This document shows positions 21,701 through 31,104 of a stretch of 64,000 nt of DNA, piece by piece. How positions within the stretch are numbered: the stretch's first letter is position 1; each line of letters starts with the position of its first letter. The position numbers and the translations under genes are program-made. The notes beneath the pieces were generated by a model. That model was given only the letters and a program-made list of their open reading frames with translations, was not told the DNA's origin and did not search any database. This DNA is from Methanomassiliicoccaceae archaeon (GTDB lineage: Archaea > Thermoplasmatota > Thermoplasmata > Methanomassiliicoccales > Methanomethylophilaceae): positions 33,665-97,664 of the forward strand of contig JAEEJP010000034.1 in NCBI GenBank assembly GCA_016281925.1. Direction: 5' to 3'.

Positions 21701-21787
21701 GACATGGCCCTGGAGGACGGCCTGATCATAGAGGAAGGCGGGAATCTGATGGCCGACGATTCGGGCGGCGTCATTCGGCGAGGCTGA
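15794..21787 (+). CDS. large DUF4011-SF1 helicase-Vsr-like nuclease-DUF3320 protein (Hhe-like) with N-terminal transglutaminase-like domain
   Basis: WKRDLLDITTRNPL (DUF4011); GPPGTGKSQTI; FDESSQ; GDRQQLPP; WHYRSRHESLI; VQGDERD; RRLNVAVSRA; FKVDLAV..GDGDSY..RDR..LGW; N-terminal GTCID..GHAFAG. Confidence 0.85.
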   Translation: MKLRLELEISKIGYVLYRNGMNPVLAASAEAEEDEKNITFTLRSDPPFIRKITFKADGIAAGTVLDLREHFNVALDPVRLLETAETMPCRVTLEAAGEDGTVKSESCDTEILPFEYWPGPDSPELIASFVTPNASCLARIRDSASETLRSWGKDPSLEGYGGDRNRVAEMAAAIYDAIQKLRIKYIVPPAGFEADGQRVRLADTVVSDREGTCIDVSVLYCSALESIGLNTFVFLVKGHAFAGFWLVDDHMADVISIDSSAITRLIRNRDARAVECTYLCDGHAAPFDSASEAALKRLEDAESFSCAVDIRKSRPAIRPLPTRRYENGVWSVEKDEFDTRSSAPKEVGEVYEAAEDRALTRVDIWKRDLLDITTRNPLVSMKVGAKAVPLLVGNTSEFGEAFAKGAQFTLMPKPQDWDGAGIYSERPFETETYVGNYAGSFGDELSRGWIRTPLGEADTVSSLKSIYRLYKKEMEESGCNSLFVAVGVLRWFESKGDRIPRYSPLILIPAELSKKQKGYAIEPYDEEAVFNVTLAEKLRQEYDISIPGIDPLPMDDGGLNVDRITQSVRRCIEGLEGWEVLDGAALGVFSFSQYAMWKDLEKNMGRLAENPVVEAMVSGGIYHADPDLEADADPYGLCLTVPADASQIKAVRAASEGKTFIMHGPPGTGKSQTITNIITDAIYRGKTVLFVAEKRAALDVVEKRLDGIGIGNHCLELHSDKTEKSKVLEQLRKAMDPCKEYDGSKLEETVAKLNAVKEKLDAYVSDLHRKQSWGFSAYECISLYEARNVAGAKDLRISTDTALRMKPETIGNLEDDIIKACQAYSIASGMCDTEALESIHADVPAASLQYDIEEAMDEALAAADALDAAGPRIAAAGILGDADQAGKAVSMIMSADARMASDPNLARIPELVPRIVSLSDSIFGAFAAWDPKEVRQDEAVRMMKDSGELSALASEASDAGWLPANSAIRSSAESVRTFCSKLISMRPDLDRIESQWRPEVYDFNSSYDIKKGWHEADGKVLFKSAAKKKFMSDVSKVLRPGASFDSLGITSDMISAAAQDFRSLSSVPGRISSASAGIFSERSALSDILNRATKTIAEAESVGISAGRLHELRAALESSGGGAEDYQAAVSRWEAARDRLISIMKTDADISQPDRCREYCGSIRPYLSGVFDWANWNYYASKLGEEGLGASCDAIRSGMAAEDVVNSTYKSLYRTMINLCRQESESLRMFNASTFEGTIERLRKLDAEYAEINRSLLKYRLYKSVPRNIDGSVPDSEAGKVYRAVSAGRMKKSIRTLLSEIPHMLPRLCPCLLMSPQSVAQYLTMDYPKFDLVIFDESSQITTSKAIGALGRGKAAVIAGDRQQLPPTRFFQKQMETEESEEEIEDMESFLEDCLALNMPQTYLEWHYRSRHESLITFSNRVFYDGKMLTFPSPNDQETKVGMHYVREGKYLKGRRCNPIEASAVIDEVYRRVMSRGYKGESIGIIAFSISQQNCIEDAMDEMTSKHPRFQQRLGKMSESMFIKNLETVQGDERDIILFSIGYGPSRDGTVVQNFGPINRPGGGRRLNVAVSRARCEMVVFSSMRYTDVKLTPASSSGVRSMREFLRFAENDGRFGEQDRARPVEDMSAIMKDISESLGEIGYESHFGIGSSGFKVDLAVVDPENPQEYILGILGDGDSYRRSENTRDREFARSDVLVRLGWNIMHVWSVDWFFNKKLTLKKIENRIEDILAKRAESAEEDGGELIPDDAPADEEPKEERPEGAVPGTEPEEGEPKDGIPEETSQEITYDPGEDMGQDIPEPEEEEPRRRTYIPLSLQFPDVPQDLALSDRQTIEEIAGKIIGMESPVNEEQLLALYKKCAGIKRLTGQKKLALTDILRRTFGPEIRGEFVTYWAEGADRSIPTYRAAGSPADSRDIDCIPLTEMMNACADVVESSVSISKTSCALAAGKALGFKRPGASVIAMMEKAIDMALEDGLIIEEGGNLMADDSGGVIRRG

Positions 21788-24395
21788 GAAGCCCGTCGAA
21801 TTCGGCCTTCCATGCGGCGGGATCGTCCAGGAAGGCCTTCTCCATCCACTGGATGGCCTTGTCCAGATCCTTCCCGACGCCTTTGCCGTCGCGGTACATG
21901 CGGGCGATTATCCCGCAGCACTTCGGATCCCCGGTCTTCGAGTAGTATTCGCTGCAGGTTTCCCAGGCTTCGGAACAGGCGCTTTCGGAATCGGTGCTGA
22001 GAAGGAACGCGCAGTATCCCGGCACGTCGGAGCCTCCGGTGGCTTCCCGGTATTTCCTGATCCACTCCAGAGCCTTGTCCTGATCTTTCCCGACGCCTTT
22101 GCCGTCGCGGTACATGCAGGCCAGTAGTTTGCAGCTGAAAGGCGACCCGTTCTTGGCGTAAAGGGACTCGCATCTTCTGAATGCCTCCTCATTGTCCTTG
22201 GGATCGTCTGATTCGGCCAGAATCTCGCAGTATTCTCTCATGTATTTGGACGGGGATTCCTTGAAGGCTTTGCCCATAAGCTCCGCGGCCTTCCTGATGT
22301 CCTTCCTCACGCCTTTGCCGTCGCGGTATGCGCGGGCGATGAGCGCGAGATACATGGTGGAATTGGTCTTATCGAAACGCTCTGAAGCCCCGGCGAAAGC
22401 CTCCTTCTGATGGAACGGATCGTCGGAGGATTGCAGCAGCCTGAAGTATTCGTATGAAAGCCTGGAAGGTCTGACCGCCACGGCTTTCCTCATCCATCTG
22501 ACGGCTTCGCCTATGTCCTTCCTGACACCTATGCCGTCGCGGTAGATCTCCGACATGAGCACCCAATAATCGGGGTCGCTGAGATCCTCGCAGCTGCGGT
22601 GGCAGGCGTCCGCCGCTTCGGCCTGGGCTGCAGGATTGCCGCTGTCCATAGCCAGCCTGAACCATCTAAGCTCGTAAGACCTGTCCATCCCGGCGGCCTT
22701 GGACATCCATCTGGACGCTTCCAGAAGATTCTTCTCTGTGCCTATGCCGTCGCGGAGCATCCCGGACATCATCGCGCACATCCCGGGCTTCCTGAGGCTG
22801 ACGGCATATCTCTCGCATAAACGGACGGCTTCGGCCTGCTTTTCAGGATCCTCCGACGAGAGCAGCATGGAACAGTATTCTTCGGCATAGCCGGACGGAT
22901 CCGCCGCGGCGGCCTTTCCCATCCAGGCCATGGCCTCGTCCATGTCTTTCTCGGTGCCCCTCCCTTCGGCGAAGGCTCTGGACATGCGCGCGCATGACGG
23001 GGGATCCCCGGCCTCGGCATCTGACCTGACGGCTTCCATAAGTTCCCCGTCCGATTCCCCGGATCTCCACAGCGCATCGAAAAGATTGCATCCGGACCCG
23101 AATCCGCCGGATATTTCTTTCCTGTACTGGTCGGCCATGAATCTGAGGCATTCCAGCTCCTTGCCGCGGTCTTTCTCGGTACCTCTGCCGGACGCATATG
23201 CATCAGCCAGCCTGGAAGCGGCGCGGACATCCTCGGACGCTAGGGGAATGATGGAAGCGACGGCCTCCGCATCCGATTCCGGGCTGTTCTCCGCCCACAG
23301 CTCATCGAATCTGCTGATGGCGGAAGCGGCCCTGACAGCGGAAGCGAACTGCCAATCGCCTTTGGCCGACATCGAATCGTATATCTGGGCGAATCTGGAA
23401 TCGTCTTTCTTCTCGGCCAGGAATCTGAGATAGCGGTCCCTGTGCCCCCTGTAGAGCGCTATGTCGAATGGCTCGCTGAAATAGTCGAGCTTGCCCAGGG
23501 AATCCAATGCCAGAAGACAGAACGAACACTCTTCGCAGCGGCCGCAATTGCCTTCCGGAGACCGGCACGCACGGAGATGCCTCCATGCCGGGGCAAAATC
23601 GGAGATGTCGGAGATCTTCCCGAACTCGGAGATGTGGGACCCTTCCGGGATCAGCTGCAGGCCCGGTGTGCTGAGGCAGGACAGCAGATTCGGCACGGAA
23701 TTATCCGCCGGGCACGGTATGAAATAGCATCTCCAGAGCTTCCTGAGGCAGAGGGCGATGAAAGCCTCCGCATAGGCGCGGGCATTCTCCCCGATCGGGA
23801 ACGCTTCGCATGAATCGGTGCGGATCCCTATGAACGGGAGCCCGATCTCCTCTGCGGTTCCGCGCGCCCCTTCCAGATTCTGGCTATTGGTAAGACTATA
23901 GTCTTTTCTCTTATAGTCCAGATTGCTGGCGCACAGATGCGTCAGCCTGAACCTTTCCATCCTGTAGCCCGAATACTTCATCGCCGCATGGAGCGAATCA
24001 ACGTCGCATTGCATCCCGGCCCCGACGGAATTCCCTCTTGGAAGCGGAGGAAGGACATCGGCCGCCAATGATATCCGGCCGTCCAGCACGGGAATGAACA
24101 GCTCGGCGAGATTGTGGTAAAAATCTTCGGAGACGGGGACATCTGACTGTATGTCGCATCCGTCATCGATAGCATGCCCGATCAGAAGGGCCACCAAAGC
24201 ATCGGCCCTCTCGGAAACCAAGAACGGCGCGTATCCGGCGGGAACCTCGAATAAAATCTCTTTATTCACTATAGTGCTGTTTTCATTTTCCACTATAGTC
24301 TTATCTATAGAGAACACCAGACGCGCGATATCCCCCTGGACTTCGCGGCGTATCCCCTTTATGCGGAAAGCATCCCGTCCTCCGGCCGTCCCCAT
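21771..24395 (-). CDS. degenerate PP-loop/QueC-like domain + SEL1 repeats
   Basis: QCDVDS (degenerate SxGxDS), C-x6-C-x2-C-x2-C, multiple YRDGKGVxKD SEL1 repeats. Confidence 0.75.
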   Translation of the reverse strand: MGTAGGRDAFRIKGIRREVQGDIARLVFSIDKTIVENENSTIVNKEILFEVPAGYAPFLVSERADALVALLIGHAIDDGCDIQSDVPVSEDFYHNLAELFIPVLDGRISLAADVLPPLPRGNSVGAGMQCDVDSLHAAMKYSGYRMERFRLTHLCASNLDYKRKDYSLTNSQNLEGARGTAEEIGLPFIGIRTDSCEAFPIGENARAYAEAFIALCLRKLWRCYFIPCPADNSVPNLLSCLSTPGLQLIPEGSHISEFGKISDISDFAPAWRHLRACRSPEGNCGRCEECSFCLLALDSLGKLDYFSEPFDIALYRGHRDRYLRFLAEKKDDSRFAQIYDSMSAKGDWQFASAVRAASAISRFDELWAENSPESDAEAVASIIPLASEDVRAASRLADAYASGRGTEKDRGKELECLRFMADQYRKEISGGFGSGCNLFDALWRSGESDGELMEAVRSDAEAGDPPSCARMSRAFAEGRGTEKDMDEAMAWMGKAAAADPSGYAEEYCSMLLSSEDPEKQAEAVRLCERYAVSLRKPGMCAMMSGMLRDGIGTEKNLLEASRWMSKAAGMDRSYELRWFRLAMDSGNPAAQAEAADACHRSCEDLSDPDYWVLMSEIYRDGIGVRKDIGEAVRWMRKAVAVRPSRLSYEYFRLLQSSDDPFHQKEAFAGASERFDKTNSTMYLALIARAYRDGKGVRKDIRKAAELMGKAFKESPSKYMREYCEILAESDDPKDNEEAFRRCESLYAKNGSPFSCKLLACMYRDGKGVGKDQDKALEWIRKYREATGGSDVPGYCAFLLSTDSESACSEAWETCSEYYSKTGDPKCCGIIARMYRDGKGVGKDLDKAIQWMEKAFLDDPAAWKAEFDGLLSLAE

Positions 24396-24404
24396 GGATC
24401 CACC

Positions 24405-26897
24405 TCAGCGCTTCTCCGATTTCCTCTTGAGCCTTATGGTCTCGAGGCCTTTCGCCCATCTGACCGGATCTTTCTCGTAGGCCTTAGCGGTCCACCTCTC
24501 GGCCATAGCCAGATTCAGCGGCACTCCGCGGCCGTAATGGTATGCGCGCCCCAGACGACCCATGGATCCGGGGCTCCCCTGGTTCGCGAACGGAAGGATG
24601 GAATCGATCATCTCCTTGTCCGTGGCCGGCGAAGGGTTCTGCCAGAATATCTCGAACAGCTCCATGGCCGCCAACACCATCCCTTCCGAAACGCCTTTCC
24701 TGTACCAGAAAACAGCTTGATCCGTGTCTTTCTCGCATCCCAGGCCGTCGCGGCACATGCGCGCCCTGTAGACGTAAGCATGCTTCACGCCCCTGTCCGA
24801 CAGCGCGATGCATCTCTTGAAGGCCTCTTCGTGGAACTTATCCTCCGAGGCCAGAAGCGTCTCGTAGAACTCAGGGAACCAGACCGGATCCCTTTCCTGG
24901 GCGCGCCTGAGCCATCTGCGGGCCAGATGGAGGTCCTGCTGAACCCCGCGGCCGTAATGGTATACTTTTCCGAGGCGGCCCATGGCGGACACCGAACCGC
25001 CTTCGGCCAGCGAACGGACCAGATCCCTCAGCTTGAGATCCTACATGCGGTCGTTGAACGTCCAGAGGACATCGAAATATTCGATGGGAGCCCATTCCAC
25101 CTTGCTCTCCACGGCCATGGCATACCATTTCGCGGATTCGCAGAGATCCCTCTTGACGCCTTTCCCGTCACGGTATATGCGACCGAGGAACCCGTAAGCA
25201 TATCTGGCGCTCCTGTCGCAGCGCTCGAGGCATACCTCCTTGGCTTCCTGGTAGTATTCCTCCTTGCCGGAGCTCAGCAGAAGGCCGCAGTATTCCTGGA
25301 GCCAAACCGGGTCCTTCCTGTACGCCCATCTGAACCATTCGATGGCGTCGTCCACATCCTTCGGGTATCCCCTGCCGTCCCTGCTCATGCGGCCTCTGCG
25401 CGCGATCGCGGACATGTCCTCCGCCTCCAGCAGAGGAGTTATGAGATCGATCATCTCCGGATAGTACTTCTCCTCGCCTGTCGCCCAGAGCATGTCGAAA
25501 AGCTTGATCCTGGACGTGTTGAATCCGTCTGCGATCTCCTGCCTGAGGGCGTCGATCGTTATCGCCCAGTATCTCTGGGCCTCCTCGCGGTTCTGCTCCA
25601 CGCCCACCCCGTAATTGTAGGCTCTGCCGATGCGCGACGCGGCATGCATGTCGCCTTCGTCTGCGTAGCCTTTGATCCTTTCGAAGCATTCGGCCACCCA
25701 TTCCTTGTTGCCGCTCTTCCAGGCGCTGTCGAACTCCTCCAGGGAATCGAAGATCTGGCCGGTGCGCAGGAACTCCTCGTCCCCGTTGGCCCTGAAATTC
25801 TCGAAAACCGGCTGGAAATAGTGGTCGTCCTTCCTCGAATAAAGGTACCACATGTATCTGTACTTGAAATTGTGATAGAGATCCAGATCGTAGATCCCCG
25901 AGAACGGCTCCAGCTTGCCGACGGAATCCAGAGCCATGATGTTCCTCATGCACTTGTCGCAGCGGGAACAGTTCTCGTAGGACGAGGTGCAGGACACTAG
26001 ATGCCTCTGCGCGATGGGATAATCGGCGAGAGCCACTGTCTTGTCGTACCTGGCCACGGTAGGGGCGTCGATGTATATCCTCATGGACGATGTGCTGAAG
26101 CAGTTCACCGTGAGCAGCTCGTATTTGGACGGCGGGAACATCAGATGCCCTCTGATGCTGAATTCCGTGATGCAGTCCACTCCGGATGAAGCATAGAAAT
26201 AGTATTTCCACAGCTTTTTGAGGCAGAATATGGCGAAAGACGAGGTGTACGAATGGGTCAGATAATGGTTCTGATGTAGAACCTCGTCGACATCCGAATC
26301 GGTCTCGATGAGCGGGAGGCCTATCTCCTCCGAGGCGGCGCGGGCGTTGGCGTACATCCCCTTGCGGACCTTGTCTATGCCTTCCATCCTGTAGATCCCG
26401 TTGAAAGCGCCCACGTTATTGATGCACAGGTGGGTCAGCCTGAACTCCGGATCGGGATAATCCCTCAGCCTCATGACGGTGAACAGGGAATCCACGCCGC
26501 ACGAAAGGCCGGTCCCGACCGCCTCGCCGCCCCCGACGCTGCTGGCCGTCTCGATGATGATGTCCGCAGGGTAGCCGTCGTTCTTGGTGAACGGAGGAAG
26601 AAACTGCTCCTTGAGATTGTAGTAGAGGTCGTTGGATATGGGGATGTCGGATCTGATGTTGTACCCGTTGCTGACCGCGTATCTGATCAGCAGGACAACG
26701 TAGGCATCGCACCTCTCCGTTAGGAGATAGTCGGAATACTCGGACGGGACGGAGAACCTGATCACCTTGGTCTCGACGGTCACGGCACCGTCTTCGCCCG
26801 TATCCGATATGTCTATCCTGCATTTCAGATCGGAGACGCCGCCGTTCTCCTCCTTCCAGATCTCCCTGATGGTTATGTCGCCCAGAACGGATTTCAT
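24405..26897 (-). CDS. PP-loop/QueC-like domain + SEL1 repeats, with in-frame TAG at 25041-25043
   Basis: GLSCGVDS, SCTSSYENCSRCDKC; SEL1 repeats continue in frame across the TAG (NDRM*DLKLRDLVRSLAEGGSVSAMGRLG). Confidence 0.78.
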
Positions 26898-27030
26898 TCT
26901 CGCTCCCCACGATGGCTTTCCATATATGCCCGACTAATAAATATTAATACTACCCGAACGCACGGAGGATATGATATTCCATGTCGAAAACCGGCAATCT
27001 CTCTTATAGAACGACCAAGATTCTCCCGCC

Positions 27031-28155
27031 ATGAAAGTATCCCAGAGAATATCGGCCGTGCCGATGTCTGGCATTAGGAAGATGTTCGATTTGGCCGGCC
27101 CGGATTCCATTAATCTCGGGCTTGGCGAACCCGACCTCAGCCCGCCTCAGGCGGCTATCGACGGGATGAACAGGGCGGCGTCCGCAGGCCTCAACAGATA
27201 CGGCCCCACCGCCGGGATCATGGAGCTGAGGGATGCGGTCGCGGAGAGATATTCCAGATACGGAAAAATCGGCGGCGGCAACGTCATGATAACGCCCAGC
27301 GGATCCTCGGCGCTCCTGGAGATATCCGAGACGTTCGTCGATCCGGGAGACGAGGTCCTCGTCCCCAGCCCGGGATTCGTCATATACGGGCCCCACGCCC
27401 AGCTCTGCGGCGGGAAAAGCGTGGAGTACAGGCTCACCGACGGGGATTTCCAGCCCGACATCGATGACATCCTGTCGAAGATCACCCCCAAGACGAAGAT
27501 GATAGTGGTCACCACGCCTTCCAACCCCACCGGAGGCGTCCTGACGGAGGGATCGAAGAAGGCACTCCTGGACATCGCCGAGGACAAAGGCATTATGATA
27601 CTGTCCGACGAGGTCTACGACTCGTTCATCTACGAGGGGAAGCACGTGTCCTTCCTGGACAGGCTGGACGTGGCCGTGGTCTCCGGCGGGTTCTCCAAGA
27701 TGATGGCCGTCACCGGATGGAGGATGGGATTCCTCGTGGCGGACGAGAGCGTGATGCCCGACCTGATAAAGATGCAGTACCACGTCTGCGCAAGCCCCAA
27801 CATGCCGGCGCAATACGGCATCCTGGACGCCTTGCCCGGGATAGAGCCGTATCTGGAGAACGCCAGGAAGGTCTACAAGGCCAGAAGGGACCTCATAACA
27901 GAAAGGATCAACGGCATCGACGGGATGAGCCTGGAGCCTCCGAAAGGCGCGTTCTACGCATTCCCCTCCTACGAGCAGAACATAGCGTCCGCCGACCTCG
28001 CCAACAAACTGGCACAGGCGGGGCTCATCTGCACCCCCGGATCGGCGTTCGGAAAATACGGGGAAAAGCATCTCAGATTCTCCTACGCGGCGTCAGAGGA
28101 CAAAATATCCAAGGGAATGGATATATTGGCTGAAGTGATGGCTGGGCTCAAGTGA
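27031..28155 (+). CDS. class I/II PLP-dependent aminotransferase (aspartate/aromatic)
   Basis: LGLGEPD, PSNPTG, SDEVYD, FSKMMAVTGWRMG, GAFYAFP. Confidence 0.92.
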   Translation: MKVSQRISAVPMSGIRKMFDLAGPDSINLGLGEPDLSPPQAAIDGMNRAASAGLNRYGPTAGIMELRDAVAERYSRYGKIGGGNVMITPSGSSALLEISETFVDPGDEVLVPSPGFVIYGPHAQLCGGKSVEYRLTDGDFQPDIDDILSKITPKTKMIVVTTPSNPTGGVLTEGSKKALLDIAEDKGIMILSDEVYDSFIYEGKHVSFLDRLDVAVVSGGFSKMMAVTGWRMGFLVADESVMPDLIKMQYHVCASPNMPAQYGILDALPGIEPYLENARKVYKARRDLITERINGIDGMSLEPPKGAFYAFPSYEQNIASADLANKLAQAGLICTPGSAFGKYGEKHLRFSYAASEDKISKGMDILAEVMAGLK

Positions 28156-28160
28156 AAGAC

Positions 28161-28685
28161 ATGGCGAACGAGAACATAGACCCCAACGCGGCGCTTTTCG
28201 GTGACGACGAACCAGATATGAGCCCCGAAGAGGCCCATGAAGAGATGGTCTACGGCAAGAATCCGCGCAGAGTCGAAGCCCTGACGGACCTCTTCGGAAA
28301 GGACCTGATCAGATCCGTCGACGAGAACCCGGAGCTCCCGGAGGAAGCCAAGCGCGAGATGATCTTCAAGCTGACCGCCAACAGCGTCCTCGACATGATA
28401 ATGGACAGCCTGGCGCCGGATACTGCGGAAGAGGTCGCTCAATGCATCGACGGGTTCACCGGAGTGGCCATCGTGAACAAGAAGTTCGGCGTGGACCTCT
28501 ACAGAGAGCTCAACGAAGCGCTCGGCAAAGTCGCGAAAGAGGACGGCGAAAGCGAAGAGGACTACGACAGGAAGCTGGACGCGGCCTCCGACAGCTGGTG
28601 GGACATACCTCAGCCGCTCCTCAACAAAAGGACGCCGTCCGACGCAATCCGCGAGCAGATGGCCAAATACGGATTGGAAGATTGA
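28161..28685 (+). CDS. acidic hypothetical protein
   Basis: Coding-like codon usage; sits in an operon between the aminotransferase and mvk; TGATG overlap with mvk. Confidence 0.75.
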   Translation: MANENIDPNAALFGDDEPDMSPEEAHEEMVYGKNPRRVEALTDLFGKDLIRSVDENPELPEEAKREMIFKLTANSVLDMIMDSLAPDTAEEVAQCIDGFTGVAIVNKKFGVDLYRELNEALGKVAKEDGESEEDYDRKLDAASDSWWDIPQPLLNKRTPSDAIREQMAKYGLED

Positions 28686-29662
28686 TGTCCAGGTGGCATA
28701 CCGCATCCGCCCCGGGGAAATTCGTGATCCTCGGGGAACATTCCGTTGTCTACGGCAAGCCCGCTCTGGTTCTAGCCGCGGACCGCAGAATCACTTGCAG
28801 CGTCAGGCGCAGCAGGCACAACACTCTCAACGGAGAGCCCATCGAATTCGGGAAGCAGCCGCATTTCCGCTATCTGACGAGGAATCTCCGTCATGCGGCC
28901 GATTTCGTCACCAGAAGCGATATCCCCGCCGGAGCCGGCCTGGGATCGTCCGCCGCCCTGTCTGCGGCTCTGGCGCTCGCTCTGAGCTCGATGGCAGGGG
29001 ACGACCCGGACGAAAGATATCTCGTCGACGAGGCGTACAACGCAGAACTGGCTGCCCAGGGCAGCGGAAGCCCCATGGACGCATCCGCATGCGTGCACGG
29101 CGGAGGTATAGGGGTGAACCTGCCGGGGAACGAGGACAGAAAGCTCTGGTGCATATCCCGCGGAGGCCGTTCCTGGTGCGTGACCGACATGGACGTCCCC
29201 GACATGACGTTCGTCGTCGGAAACACGGGGATAAAAGCGCCGACCGCGCCGCAGGTCGACAAGGTCAGACGCTTCACGAGAAGGAGCAATTTCGCGGCCG
29301 AGATGATCGAGGAGATAGGCAACGTCACCCTGTGCGGATACGAAGCCATCAGGAAGAACGACGTGGAGGCCCTCGGCAGGATGATGCTGACCGACCACAA
29401 GCTCCTTTCCATATTGGGCGTCTCGTGCAAGGAGCTCAACAAACTCGTCAACGCCGCCATGCCGCACTCCTACGGGGCCAAGCTCACCGGGTCCGGCGGA
29501 GGCGGGTGCATGATCGCCCTCACCGACGAGCCGGACAAAGTGGCCGCCGCCATAGAGTCGAGAGGCGGAACCGCATACATAATGAAGGCCGGGGAGCAGG
29601 GCGCGAGATTGGAGAGCGAAGAGCCGGTCAGCCCCCTGCTGGACCTCTCTTCATACGTCTGA
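28685..29662 (+). CDS. mvk: mevalonate kinase (GHMP kinase)
   Basis: APGKFVILGEHSVVYG, IPAGAGLGSSAA, GAKLTGSGGGG. Confidence 0.9.
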   Translation: MSRWHTASAPGKFVILGEHSVVYGKPALVLAADRRITCSVRRSRHNTLNGEPIEFGKQPHFRYLTRNLRHAADFVTRSDIPAGAGLGSSAALSAALALALSSMAGDDPDERYLVDEAYNAELAAQGSGSPMDASACVHGGGIGVNLPGNEDRKLWCISRGGRSWCVTDMDVPDMTFVVGNTGIKAPTAPQVDKVRRFTRRSNFAAEMIEEIGNVTLCGYEAIRKNDVEALGRMMLTDHKLLSILGVSCKELNKLVNAAMPHSYGAKLTGSGGGGCMIALTDEPDKVAAAIESRGGTAYIMKAGEQGARLESEEPVSPLLDLSSYV

Positions 29663-29713
29663 CAGCCGCCATGTCCGCATCGCGTATATATCCCGTCCAT
29701 ATCTGGCGACGGC

Positions 29714-30628
29714 ATGGATGCCTCGGGCATTGCAAGCGATCTGCGCGTTTGGACGGTAGGAGCGCTGGCTCTTGGCCTCCTGATAGGCAGGACAGACATC
29801 CCGTCTTCGGAGCTCATAATAGTCGTCCTGATGATCCAGATGACCCTGTCCCTGGACGGCCTGAGGTTCTCCGCCGAAGACATCAGAGACGGCGGCAGGG
29901 AATTCCTGCTGTCGATGCTTCTCTGCTACGGGGTAAACACCTCGGCGACCGTCGGCATCGGGCTGCTTTTCGCCGGGGACAACCCCGAGATCTGGCACGG
30001 ATGGGCCCTTCTGGCCTCGATGCCATGCGCCATATCGGTGGTCACGGCGGCCGTCCTTATGAAAGGGAACATCAGGGCTGCTGTGTCCGCGGTGGCTGCC
30101 ACGTATGCCGCCGGATTGGCGCTGACCCCCCTGATCTCCTTCGCTCTCCTCGGGGACGCGGTGAATCCTATGGAGATTCTGAAGTACATCGTGCTGTTCA
30201 TCGCGGTCCCGGTCATAGTGAGCATCCCTCTCAGGAAACTCAGGCTGCCGAGGAATCTGAAGATCCCGCTGATCGACATGATGATGGGGATCATGCTGTT
30301 CCTTTCGGTCAGCGCAAACCGCGATTACCTCGTGTCATACCCTGGATTGGCGCTGGCTGTCATAGCCGCGGTGGCCGGAAGGCTTCTGCTGCTGATAGCG
30401 GTCTCGAGATTCCTGATGAAGAAGCTGAGGGTCGATCCCGCTTCCAGGCCCGTGTTCCACGTGCTATGCGTTTGGAAGAACACAGGGCTTTCCGTGTCCA
30501 TGTGCATGGTGCTGCTGGCCGATACCCCGGAATCCGTCATCCCATGCTTCATATGCATGATACTGGAGTCGCTGTGGTTCTCCGTATACACGCGCGGAAG
30601 CGCATCTCCCGCGCCGCAGGGAGCATGA
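29714..30628 (+). CDS. multi-pass membrane transporter, bile acid:Na symporter-like
   Basis: About 9-10 hydrophobic segments; PCAISVV..GN and KNTGL motifs. Confidence 0.7.
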   Translation: MDASGIASDLRVWTVGALALGLLIGRTDIPSSELIIVVLMIQMTLSLDGLRFSAEDIRDGGREFLLSMLLCYGVNTSATVGIGLLFAGDNPEIWHGWALLASMPCAISVVTAAVLMKGNIRAAVSAVAATYAAGLALTPLISFALLGDAVNPMEILKYIVLFIAVPVIVSIPLRKLRLPRNLKIPLIDMMMGIMLFLSVSANRDYLVSYPGLALAVIAAVAGRLLLLIAVSRFLMKKLRVDPASRPVFHVLCVWKNTGLSVSMCMVLLADTPESVIPCFICMILESLWFSVYTRGSASPAPQGA

Positions 30629-30910
30629 TCGCTCGAAATAATGCTTCTGCCTTTCCTTGGAGATGTGGAGGATGACTTCGGCGATCTGCCTGGCCTCGTC
30701 CTCGGAGAGGCTGACTTCCTCGCAGAGCTCGTGGTATCTGCTGATGACTTCGCGCTCTTTCTCCTCGTTCCAATAGCCTTCCGAAGACCTTCTCTTCGCT
30801 TTGGCGAGCTCGTCCGCTATCTCCATGCGAGTCGCGATGAGATCGATTATCTCCTCGTCTATCGATTCGATCTGCATCCTCAGCTCGTCCGTCTCAGGCT
30901 CCTCGGGCAT
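30629..30910 (-). CDS. chorismate mutase (AroQ type); end placed at CGA 30629-30631 (standard code runs on to TAG at 30464)
   Basis: LRMQIESIDEEIIDLIATRMEIA..K..REREVI..ISKERQ AroQ pattern. Confidence 0.85.
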
Positions 30911-31104
30911 AAAACTCGGATTGCCGATTCCACTATGCATATTAACTGTTTTTCGTCCCAAAACCAGGATCGTTGGCAGTAAAACATCCTGACCCTGCAG
31001 CCAGATACTTCAGCTCCGGCTTGTTGATAGTCTCATCAAAAATACGGATTTATCAATAATAATGCACATAAATGATAAATAAAGAATAAAATCATGCTAC
31101 CTAT

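Noticed and set aside
21840-22770. Repeated GCCGTCGCGG-containing nucleotide motifs as a CRISPR or DNA repeat array
   Set aside because: They encode SEL1 repeat motifs (YRDGKGV) within a CDS; no spacer structure or cas genes
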